Below are positions 48,861-61,000 of a DNA stretch of 64,000 bases, one piece after another (positions within the stretch are counted from its first letter, which is position 1; every line of letters starts with the position of its first letter). Position numbers and translations under genes: made by a program. The notes under the pieces are model-generated. The model searched no databases. It saw nothing but the letters and a program-made list of their open reading frames with translations, and had not been told where the DNA came from. Source of the DNA: Paraspadella gotoi (taxonomy: Eukaryota; Animalia; Chaetognatha); the NCBI GenBank assembly GCA_051294375.1, contig CM119265.1, positions 15,352,963 to 15,416,962 on the forward strand, in the 5' to 3' direction.

Positions 48861-50599
48861 TAAGAATGGGAATTTGTCCTCTCGCTATTTCTCTCTTTCT
48901 CTCTATCGCCATGCTCGACCTCGCCAAGCCCGTTTGACCCCAGAAGAGAGAGAGAGAGAAAGAGAGCGAGAGAGAGAGAGAGAGAGAGAGGCATGACCCA
49001 ATTGGCGGCGGCTTCTGCGTTGACGCGAGGTTGGCGTCACGCCATCGGTCTGACGGGTGAGAAAGCGTGACGCGAGCATGGAATGCGTGACATTTTTGTC
49101 AAGCTTCGAAGCTTCAGATTTTTGAGAGACCAAGTTGACGACGTCTCAAATGTTGTTTCTTGAGTCTTACGTCAAACCATACGGTGATAGATTTTATAAC
49201 AACAATTCTGTTCGGGAAAACGTTTTATATGTGTGTGTTTTATTCGTTTACAACAATTAGTTGAAACAGTACATTCAAAAGGGAATACAGCATTACAGAT
49301 AAACGCATCAACTTTACAGTTTACAATTCAACAAAATATAAATAGGCATTAGGCAATAGGCATTAGGCAGCAATTAATTAACCTAAGTTATCAATATATT
49401 CAATAATCATAGTATACATCTCGTAACGAACCATCAGAAATATCCGTAATGCCGTCAATAATCATTGTAAAACCGAATCAAGAGAAGCGACGTCCGTCTA
49501 AAAATATCTTCTCCTAAAGTGATAAATGGCATGAAAAGCTTGAAGACGAATGGGAGCTTCCCGGTTTTGTTGTCGTCGAAGATCGACTGTCGAAAAATCG
49601 GCTTCGGTCGCCGACGACAGCAAAATCCGAACGGGATTCGAGGCTTTAAAGTGGGGGGGGGGGGAAAGACGAGGAGAACGGTCTTTTCAGTCCGGGCTTA
49701 AATAGGAAGTGTTGAGAGCTTAGATGTGAAGCGTTAAGCATGTAGATGAGAAGTGAAAGGGTTTCGATGGTAAGTTTGGAGTTTGATACGACTATTTCTT
49801 TAAGCTTAAATTTTTTGTAAACATTAATACAATCACCGAAACTCAACTTTACTGAATAACAGACCGAGAGGATCGGTAGAATAATTTTAGCGGTAGCGGG
49901 GATAATAAGCCTAAGGAGAAATACACAATAGCACGATAGCAAACATGGAGAAGAGGCGGGGTAGATATATAGAGGAAAAGTAAGAAAAGGAGGTCGAGGA
50001 TGAAGAGGAGGAAGGGCTAAAGGAATTGATTGCGGTTCAACAACGACAACTTCGTCGACGAAAAAAAAAATTCTAAGCCAAGAGAGAAAGAAAAAGAAAA
50101 CGAGAAGCGAATCCCGCGGGTCGGGGGTCGGACGAGACAAAGAGAACAACAACGACTGATAAGTGATTTTCGCGAAGAGGGTCACGGAAAAAAAAAAGGA
50201 AAAAAAGCCGTTCCAAGGGTCCCAGACTTCGGAACGTCTTTTCCCCGCTTCTTTTTCTTTTCGCCCTCGATTCACTGGAAACTAAATTATTTTTGGTTTC
50301 GCGATAGGCACGATTTCTTCTTTGAGGGCAAAGATTATTGTCAAAATGTACTAAAGTTAAAATAAGATTAAAACTTCTAAAGCTTCTCAAATGAGGTATT
50401 GAAGGAAAAAACCAAGTTATAATGGAGATGGCCGTCACTTTTGTCGGCCGTTCTCTCACTCGACCGCCTCCCTTGAAAACAATAAGGAAACCCGACGAGA
50501 AACCTGACGCCTGTATCGGCAGACTTCGCGACCAAGATATGGAATTTCCCTTTCAAGTTTCCTGTCACTTGGATTGTTTCCCTTTTCTCAATGGCATTA

Positions 50600-50646
<47 letters not shown>

Positions 50647-52671
50647 AGAAAAAACGAAAAGTAGAAATAAGAAGAAAGAAGGCAAGAAAATGTCTACGAG
50701 AAAAAACATTTTGAAAAGAAACGACGGTGAACGAAATGAGGAGAAAACAAAAAAGGATGAAAGAAAAAGCGAAAGAAAAGAAATGAAGAAATACTTCTAA
50801 GTTACCATTGGCTTTTGGTGGCGTCGGCGTCAACCATCGAATCCCTTGGCGCCAAACATCCCAAGGCTTTGAAGCGTTGCTCGTTTCTTGCCGGCTCTAG
50901 GATGAGTTTTGATGGCAACCAATTTTTTTCTCTCTTTTTATGTCATCCATCAAAATTTCCGCGAAGTTCCGTTACCTTCGTCTCGGATTTGTGGATCGAG
51001 ACGGAAAGTGAGGGAGGGGACGCTGACGTCAACAAAATCTGTTTTTATTCATATAAAAGATTGTTGGTAGTAAAAATAAAACCAAAAAAAGCCAACAGGC
51101 GATTAATAGAAAAAAAAAAAAAACACGGTTCCCTATCGACATCTTTTCGAAGGTCGAGTCTGCTGCTCCCCATTCGATTTTTTCTCTCTTAAAACACTAA
51201 CGAGGTTTTTTCGTAATTAGTTAGAAATTGGTTTCTCCCGTTCTCTGCCGCCAAGCGAGACAGAAAGTCGCCCAAACGCCAGTAATAAAAAAAAAAAGGA
51301 AAGACCCCTTTTCTGCTTCGCACAACTGTTTAGCCTTCTCTCCGCTAAAACCCTTTCAACCTCCGTTAACCAAAAAAAGGGGAAAAAAATCCATGACGTT
51401 TTCTCGTTAAACCACGTGACCGTCGGGGTCCTCGACCTCGTCGTGACCCTCGGCGGGGCGAGCGGATGGGGTGACTGGCGGTGGAAGACAAGGCCGGAAA
51501 GATAGTGGGGCTTAAACGGTTGGAGGAAATTTTTTTTTGAGTTAGTGGTGAAGGGGGATTTTCGGTTGCCATGTTAGATACTCGTGTTTAGAAAGAAAAT
51601 AAACAAAAACTACAACAATTCTATCACGCAGCAACGGTATTTTTCATTTCTTTCTAAATGCCCCCCACGCTCGACACCCTGGTCCCCGATTAGCCGTGTA
51701 GCGAGTCGTTCCAAATTCTGGCCGCCGTAACGTTCCGGGGAAAAAACCTTTCCAATGAATATCGAGCCCGTTTTATGGGTAGTGTTTGTCTTGTTTCTGC
51801 GTTCCCGCCTCGTACGAGAAAAAAAAAGAATGAGAGCGAGAGGGAGAGAACCAGAGAGAGCCCCGATTGCCAATGATTAAACATTAATTGGATTACCCCC
51901 GCCGGCAACACGCCGAGTCGTTTCTGGATTTTAACGATGTCTGCACGATTCCTTGGCAAAAAAAGTCTTTTTGACTGATGGACTTGTATTTGCTTTTTGC
52001 AAGTGATAAACAAATGCGACCAATTAAAATTTAAATACAAACAGGCCGATATGGTAAAAACATTACAAAAAAATCTTCAGGTTCCGCAGAAGATTATTGT
52101 GTAGTGACGTACTAATTTCATCACCCGTTGGATACGACTGTTCCTTCCATAAGCGGACTGGGCTAATGCTTCATTTCTGAACCTAATAGCCTTGCAAAAG
52201 AGTGATAGGCCGGTTAAATCACCGGTTAGCATGGGTAATTGGGTATTGGGTAACATGGAAGCATAGGTAGCAAGACTACCGCCGGATCCGAAGTTCCGTC
52301 AAGCATGGCTACAGACCAAGTGAAGACTTAAGAGGCTTTTCCACACCGTCAGAGAAGCACGGCGACCCTCGCCTGTCAGTCAATTGAATTCCATAATTAA
52401 GGGTGAACACATAGCAAAACAAACATAAAATCATCCATCCTTACTCATTCTGGCTCTCTTTTCCGAGAGTGCCCCCTTTTTGTTCGTTTTCCAACAGAAT
52501 TTAATTTAATGTAAATATATTTTTAAACTTATAAATATTAATAACATTGTAGGTCCCTGCAAGCTTTCCATCAAGACTGTCTCTCAGTCTAGTTTATTCA
52601 CTCCAAGAGTAGCGAGCTTCCCTATCAATGAAGTTGAAGTCAAAGAATATTTCAATTGTATAAAAAGACCA

Positions 52672-53285
52672 TGAAGAAACAGTAATAATTGTTAGTTAGT
52701 TAATTAGTGGCAGAACCATTCATTATAAGCATTTCCTAAGCTTCTGTTCAGGCTGTAACACCGTGTTACAGGCGGGTTAAGCGCCCCGTCCCTCTGAACC
52801 CCGGACCTTTGGGTTAGGAAACGAATGACTTGCCTCCTGCACCAATGGCCGCTAATGAATGGTTGGTGAATTATAGTCTAGCATACATCCCCCCTCCCCT
52901 AAGGAAAAGTCTGTTGCGTCTCTTCAGTGAATTGTTGGTGGAAAGTTTGTCACCAAGTTGAGGCATGTTGCCTGATGTGTTGTTGGTAGAAAGTTCATCG
53001 CCAGGTTGAGGCATGTCGCCTGAAAATGTTGTTGTTGCTGTTAGGTTCGGAATTCGAGCTCACCAATAAAGAAACATTAATAATTGTTATGAGTTGAAGA
53101 CAGAACCGTTCATTATAAGCAGTCCCTGAGCTTTGGATCAGGCTGTAACACCGTGTTACAGGCGGGTTAAGCGCCCCATCTCTCTTAATTGCTAAACGAC
53201 CACTGGGCTAGAACCCCGTACCTTTGGGTTGGGAGGCAAATGACCTGCCTCCTGTACCAATAGCCACTGATTTTAGTCCACCATA
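52672..53285 (-). mobile_element. Same TRIM family, copy 2 (opposite orientation)
   Basis: LTRs at 53067-53285 and 52672-52887. The PBS reads ttggtgagctcgaat on the minus strand (~53052-53066). The PPT complement tcccccctcccct is at 52888-52900. TSD is ACCA (52668-52671 and 53286-53289). Confidence 0.85.
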
Positions 53286-53475
53286 ACCACTCCTTTAAAT
53301 ATTAGATCGGAAAATTCTATATTGTACACCGAACTAGCATGAAAATACAAGGAGCTAAATTTTATGAAATTGGTGCAACCAATATAAAATTTATTCTCTC
53401 ATTTAATAGATAATATTTTATATATTATTATTATATTATATATTATTATATATTATTATAATGAAAGCTTATAAT

Positions 53476-53670
53476 GAAAGCTTGCAGGGACCTGCTATGT
53501 CATTATCTTGTAAGAGTGATGGAGGCCTTAAACCACCAAAGCCTGTCCAAAGATAGCTTATTTATTAAATGAATGGATAATTTTTATATTGGTTGTACCA
53601 ATTTCATATGTAATTGGTACTACCAATATAACAATTATCCATTCATTTAATAAATAAATATTTATATATT
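53476..53670 (+). repeat. Copy of the dispersed repeat followed by an inverted copy of its own tail (local hairpin)
   Basis: ttattaaatgaatggataatttttatattggttgtaccaatt is followed by aattggtactaccaatataacaattatccattcatttaataa. Confidence 0.8.
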
Positions 53671-55060
53671 ATATATTAGAAGAGCCTTCCGAAATGTTAA
53701 CTAAAACTAAACCTCTTTGTCAAAGAGATTGTTCACTTTTGTATTTTTGATTTTGTTGCGATGTGCTGGTTTCAGTTACACTTACACTTACAGTGCAGAT
53801 CGATCGTTCTAATCTATCTGATCACAATTATCTGTCATTCATGTCATTCATGCATTAAATTTACCTATTTATACATTACGATCAAATTGACTATATTTTC
53901 AGTTGATCAATTGTTTTTTGTTTCTCTCTCACGAACGTATTAAAATCGTGGTCTTTCCTTTCCCTTTCCAGAAAAAAAATTATTGATGTTTTTTTAGTCA
54001 TAGTTAGTTTCGGCAAAAATCGGTCATTCCCGGAAAGTCGACGCCAACTGTTAGATCCAAAGACTCACAAATCGTGATATCTGTGTTTAAACTTTATTAC
54101 GTCGTCACAAGGATTTACCGTTTATTTATGATCTTTTCTCTACATTCGTCATCGTCGTGATTCAGTTATTTTTGTCGAAATTCAGTATTTTTTCAGTATT
54201 ATTCATTGCGTTCTGAATCATTACGTTTTCTTTATATAATACATTGTAATTCTTTTAAATGTTTAAATAATGATTTTTGATATTATTTTGTGTACTGTTT
54301 GAATATCTATATGCTTTGATTATTTTATTAAGGTACCCTTTTTAAGAATTCTTCAGAAACTCAAAGATTAAGAGATAAACTGTTTGATATCATCGTCGAT
54401 CCACTCCGGCCGCCAATTCTTGCCTTTGAGGGTTTCCCCGAACGACCGAAGCGGCTCGCCAATAGAAGTTCCTCGAATCAAAGATTCTCGGGGGCGTTTT
54501 TCTGGAGGGACGGACCGGCGGGTCCTAACACAACTTCTTCCTTTTTGAAAAAAATTATTAATATTGATATTTTTATGAATTTTTTTCGCTTGAGGGATCG
54601 TTTAAGGTTATTCTTAGGCCTGACTCTGAGGGATAAACTTAGGGATAGAGAATAGCGAGCCTTAGCAAAAGGTTAAGGTTAAGGATGGGCTTAGACTCTG
54701 GTTAGGAATAGTTACGTATTTAGGGTTAAGGGTTAATATTTAATAAATTTGTTTTAAATTAATTTCAGCTCATTTACGGTTTCAAAAATGCCCGACACGA
54801 TTTTTCCGTTAGTTATTACAAATATTAAAATTTGTCATTTTATATCAAAAATAAGTAAAAAAGATTCTGAATATTGAAATGCTTTTTCTTTACTCATGGA
54901 AACGGGAGATATACACTTTCGGAATCGCCCAAAACGTTTGCCACCACTTCACTATCAATATTTTAGAAATACCTTAATGTTAAATCCTTATCGGGGTTCG
55001 CAGGTCCGTTTTACAACACTCATTTGCTGATAAAAACGCATTTATTTCCAAACAGGAAAA

Positions 55061-58000
55061 ATGGGAAACATCTGCGACTGTTTGAAGAAAGCAAATGATG
55101 GCGAAAGTCTCGTGCCACCCGTGACTCGGGACAGCCGCTACGGAGGACTCCAAGAACAAGTCGAACCTCCCGACGGTGAAGTCTGAAAAAAGAATAATCT
55201 CAAAAATCACAAATTAAAGTGGTATTAACTTCTTTTTTTTCAACAGCGATCGCCGTAAGCAGCGAGCGTATTTCCCAAGCCGAACCCCAACTTCCGCCCG
55301 CATCCAAACCTATTGCCCAAGTACAACCCCAGGCCCAAACGAAGAAAAAAGCTTCCACATCTTCGGCGTCGGATATCGCACCGGAAACGAACCCGGAAAA
55401 AGTGACGCTCCCACCGCCGCCGTCGAGAGGTCTTGTCAAGAGAACTTCCCAGGTAATGACATTTATTGGACAAGGAAAGGTCCGTATAATCGTCTTTTTC
55501 GCCGGTTCAACGAATTCATTAGTTTTCAGAGTTACTTTCTTGGAGCCCTGGATTCGTCGAGATCCAAATTCTTAAATACATTTAAAGCGTAGCAATAAGT
55601 ATCAAGTGCAATAAGATTCGCAAAAGAAACAAGGAAAGGTGCCTGTGCAGTGTAGCTTGTATTGCCCAGGTTCACCCCGCCTATTGACATCGTACCGGTG
55701 GCTCATTGAGTACAGCTAACCGATGGCCGCTATGTACTAATGTATAATGGCAATAAGCAACCTCTTATTTCAAAATAAATTTTAGTGTAAAATTTTAATC
55801 TTAATAATTATAGCTGTCGTTTTGGGGTTAATTTATTTAATTCCGACGGAGTCTCCGTTTCAATACGTACACTGCGGCGCAAAAAAAAGTAGCCGCTTAT
55901 CTTCAAATACATCACTAATTCTTTTTCAATTTTTTAAAAAATAATTATATAAACTATATAGCCTTTTTAAAAAGTTATCGATCGGTGAAAAAAAAAATTG
56001 GTTCAGGCAATACAATATAATAATATTTTTAAGTATCAAAACGCAATGGAAAAAATTATTTCCATATATAGGTGAAAGTTGATAAAAAAATTTGTTAAAT
56101 ACAAAATTAGTAGAAAAACAATTTGATTTGTTTTGGCAACGAATTGTATTTAAAGCATAAAGCAGACATGTTTCGACTCTGTTTTTCTCCTAATTACTAA
56201 AAACAACGAAATCGAAAGTCTTTGGCAAAGACTTTGCACAAAAATATAAATTTTTTTAAAAGATATTGAAACTAGAAACAGTTTCGCTTTCGGTGACTTA
56301 TATTTATTTTCCAAGATGAAGATGGTAATCCTAATTTAATTATGCATTCTCGAAGTCGCTGCTCTACTCTTAACCACTCTTTAGTCTTTACTACTCTACG
56401 ATTTTCGTTTATTTTTTATATTTTTTTGTAGGATGGACCGTCTGTCATTCCACGACCGATCGTGGAAACAACTTCAGCAAAAGCAAATGTGAATATTAAT
56501 GATCCCTTGGGTAAGCCTAATATTATTAAGAATTATTATTTGTCATTGCATTTGTTCTTCTTTAGTGAATAGTGATTGTAGTTAGAAAGTGTTTTCATAT
56601 TTACTTCATTTTTATTTGCAGCGGTACCTGAGTATGAAATAAGAGGTAAGCTATAGATTGTTGAACTACATAAAAATATTGTTTTGAGAAACGCACTCTG
56701 TCTTCAAATCATAGCCTTTTCGGTGTTTTCTAATTTTTTAATGGATTCGCGTTTATGTAGTTACGATAAATCTCGATTAAAACCAAGGTGATAGATAGTG
56801 CAGGAGTATCGCTTCATAAGCATTAAGTATTAGTATTCTGTTCAAATTCTGTATTCGGTTGATTTAGAGAATAAGGTAGCAAAAAATATAGAACCTGGTG
56901 TAATCTTTAATCTTGTTATAACCAGGAATCGGAAAATCAGTTTCTGAACCCGTTTATTCGTCTCCTGAACGGAAAGAAACCTCACAGAAAGACGGGGCCT
57001 CTAAAGATCACCAGTTTTCATCAGTCGCCACGGATTCATCTGCCGTTCGTCAGGAACCGCTTGAAATTCCACCGACATTTGATACAAACGATGCTACTGG
57101 TATGTAGAATACGAGCAATTTTAGATTGTCATTGTGACTTAACATGAAACCGCTTCATCGTTAAATTTACTTTGCAGAAACTGAAGAGGGTTTCTCCGAT
57201 TTCGTTAAAGAAAGAGCTGATAGTATTTCTCCTCTTCCGCCGTTACCCCCTATGTCTCCTACCATCACCAAGACGACTCCTAAAGCACCTCTGATCTCCT
57301 CTCCTTGCCTACCACAATCAATTGACAGCGATGAAAGTACCGTAGCGAAAAAAGGTTAGATATGATTCATATTATGAAATAATTTTTAATTGATGCGTTC
57401 TTTTTGGAGCTGCTTCTTTTATTCAAAGATTTTCTGCAAAACGAAGATGGCCAAAAAGATTTTTCTGATTACCTCGATCATGTTGTTGCTCAGACTAAAA
57501 AAAATATTGCGAAGACGTCCTCAAATTCATATGTTTTAGGTAAGATTATAATTAATTTCAAGCAATACGTTTTTAAATTTAAAGTTCTCCATTCCGTAAA
57601 ATTCTCCACAAAAAATGCATTTAAATTACAATTTCAATTAAAAGACGCAAACTTGAAAAATTAAAATGCGTTAATAAAAATTACCTTATTACTTTATTCA
57701 GACGGTGATGGCGTGAAGGAAGGTCACCTTGACTCGGTGAGAAAAATAATTATATTGTTTTACCATATTTACATATTAAACTGTTTGAAACCATTTTTAA
57801 ATCGTACTTAACAGTTAACGAAGTTCTATGCTTTGTCCAATTTAACTAAGATTAAGAATGTACGCTTGATTCGCAGAATGTCCAGGACGCTACCAATGAT
57901 TGTGCATCTGTTTCTGAAACTATACCAAATACACTGGAAAGACCAGACGCTGCCTCTCATGAGAACAAAACTCCGGTTGCGATGCAGAATAGTTACCAAC

Positions 58001-61000
58001 AAATGGCGGATGTGCTTAATATACCTAGTAAGATAATACTTTTTAGCAACAAGCATTAGAAAAATTTATTTCCATTTTAACAATTTTTCTTAGAATCCCA
58101 ATTAGATCTCTCTGATCATGGACCACCTTCATCCTTCGAAGTTGGTTCAAGCGAGCCCGATGATATGACTACTAACGAGTTTAATGAAACAGGGAAGAGT
58201 CTTGCAGATGAACTTTCTGAATTTTTATCAGTCGGTGAGATTTTGGATTAACCTTCATTTTTATGTATGTACCTGTAATTTCTTTTATTAATTTCTTTTT
58301 CTTATTTTTTAGCACCTGAAGGCGAAATCCACGATGCAGAAGCTCCCAAAGTAGACACATTGTTAGATGATTTAGGTAACTGTCCTATTCAGGATATTTC
58401 AGAAATAACAAAGCAGAATAAATCTCAACAGATTTCGATGGTAGCAAGTGATTGGCAGCCGAGACAAAATCTGTTTAGTATAGATGATGATGAATATGAA
58501 GTTATTAAGAAAAATGATGAAGATAACGTTGAACAAGTTGATGTCAATCCAACTCTCAAAACTAAAAATAAAACTGAAAACTTAACCCAATCAGGGCAGG
58601 AGTTTGAAAATATTCATAATATACAAGAAGAATCAGAAAACAATGAAAACAAGACTAGTGATTTAATGGTAACTGATGCAATGGGAATAAACCAGAAAAT
58701 ATCCTCGGAAACCAAAGCATTGATTCCAAATTTAGATATAAATGAGAACAGTTACGTTAAAGATGAGGAAGATCAATGTATTGATTTAACAAATGGTAGT
58801 AGTTTTCTTAAAAAAAGTAACCAAAAGAACGAGGTCAATTTATTGGTATCCTCAATTAAAAATGATCTCTCTCTTGAAAATACATCATTAGAAAAAAAGA
58901 TTTCATCATTTGACGAATTCCATTCTGCTGCACAGGGTAAGTTTTGATGCTCCATTATCCACCTTTATTTTCAAAAACCATGATTTTTGCTATTCTTTTC
59001 AGGGATACCGCCTGTGAATGATGATTTATTATTGCTTGAAGCTACTCCTAGGGATTGCGAATTATCTGGAATAATGGAGGAAATGTCGAAAAAGGACATA
59101 ATGGTTCGTAGATGCTTTCATGGTAGTATTTATCTAAATACGCATTAAGGTGCAACAGGTTAAGAACTAGTAGATTGTAGAATCGTAGAAGGTGAAGTGA
59201 CTATTATTGAATATGAAAATAAAAAGTTTTAAGATTTATGTTGTACATGAGTACAAGGAGGTTTTAAAATTATTTTAATAAAATATAACGTATTAAATAA
59301 AACTTTTTTATCGTATTCTCATAGCTAAAGTTATATATAATATACTCTGGGAGTGAATAAACAAGACTGTGAGAGAGTCTTGATTGAAAGCTTGCAGGGA
59401 CCTGCTATGTCATTATCTTGTAAGAGTGATGGAGGCCTTAAACCACCAAAGCCTGTCCAAAGTCAGGGGCAAGATAGCTTATTTATTAAATGAATGGATA
59501 ATTTTTATATTGGTTGTACCAATTTCATATATTATTTAAAGGTTATTATTACTCTATTTTATAATTTTAATGAAATTTAATTGAAAACTTTCTTAAAAGT
59601 GCTATATTTGGGCCCACCTTAATAACTCGTGAAAAATTAAGAAAAATTAAAGGGTTTTTTACCATGATGTAGTCGGGCATTGTCTAGGTTCACCCCGCCT
59701 ATAAGCATGACACCTTGAGTCGTGACCCGGTGGCTCATTGAGTAAAGCCATCAGCTCATGACTACTAGGTACTGGGTTCAACCCGGTAACTACCCTGCGG
59801 GAAGCGTGAGGACGGCCGTAAGCCTCCTTGGGGGCGTGGAAAACACTCAAGCCTGGTTCCAAGCCTAGGACCCGTTCCATGGCAGCTAGAGAGGGTTAAA
59901 GAAGTTGCGGATAGCACTCTTCAGCCAAATACGGCCAGAAAATTATTACTGAATAACTAATGTAAAACTTAGCAGATAATCTGTCATGATCTATTTGGGA
60001 TACAATCACGTGTGAAGAGTTACTGCTGTTCATTAGAGCGTAGTGAAAGTTACGTACGGAAATTCTAAAAGTCAATTTTGAACAACATACCATCAGTGAA
60101 CATTAATTTGTAAAAAAAATTTTGTTTTTTAATCTTCGCAGTAGGCTATATTTATATATAGTACTATCCTTATAAAACCGAAAAATTTCAAAATAGGCTT
60201 TTCTTAATTTTGATTGCAGATTTGAATTCCTCGTCAAAAGTTGATAAAAGAAAATATAAATCATTTTTAAAAATTCTTTCATTAAATGGGTTAAAAATTT
60301 AAAAAACTATATTTAATATATAAAAAGATAATTTTCAGCTTAAAATATAGTTTTTTTTCATTTTTGATGCTCTTAATGAAAGAATTTTTCAAAAAGAGTT
60401 TTATTTTTTTCTATCAACTTTTTATCTGAAAAAAAAATCTTAAAAAAAACTGTTTTAAAATTTTAACATTTATTGGATTAGTTCTAGTATAAATATGGCC
60501 TACTGCGTAAATTACAAAATTTATTATAAATTTTTTTTATATATAAATGTTCATTAGTATAATGTTGTTCGTTCTTCTCTTTTATAATTTTAATTAAAGT
60601 TAAATTTAGAAATTTTACTACGCCTTACTGTTCATTGCTTTAATAGGAGACATATAAACTTATATATTATGGTGGAGCGATAAAAAGATTGAGCGATTGA
60701 ACAATGTTTTTTTGCTGCCTTTGTATATGTATTACATAATCATAATCATACTATTGTGGTGACTTTACTTGATCACATCTCACATCTAAATATCTATGTC
60801 CACTCAAATAAAAAAAAGTATTTTGGTTTTCCGGCTTTATAAGTTCTAATATTAATAATTAGGGCGAAGAATTGGTCGAAAGCCTTGCCGTCAATATTTC
60901 AAAGGATGTTTTAAAGTTATCCTTGGACGATATATCCAAATGTGATGAGGCTGAGTCAGGCAAGGTAAGATAAAAAATAGTTTTAAAGAACAATGTAAAT

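Noticed and set aside
54600-54740. Interstitial telomeric TTAGGG array
   Set aside because: Only scattered degenerate ttaggg/ttaagg units; more likely part of an interspersed repeat.
55868-55900. Tc1-like terminus TA-CACTGCGGCGCAAAAAAAAGT
   Set aside because: No matching opposite end was found in the window.
56761-56787. Additional 27-nt microexon in the AKAP-like gene
   Set aside because: In the required phase it contains an in-frame TAA.
59724-59795. Functional tRNA (CAT anticodon-like)
   Set aside because: A and B boxes are present, but the acceptor and anticodon stems do not pair properly; treated as SINE-derived.
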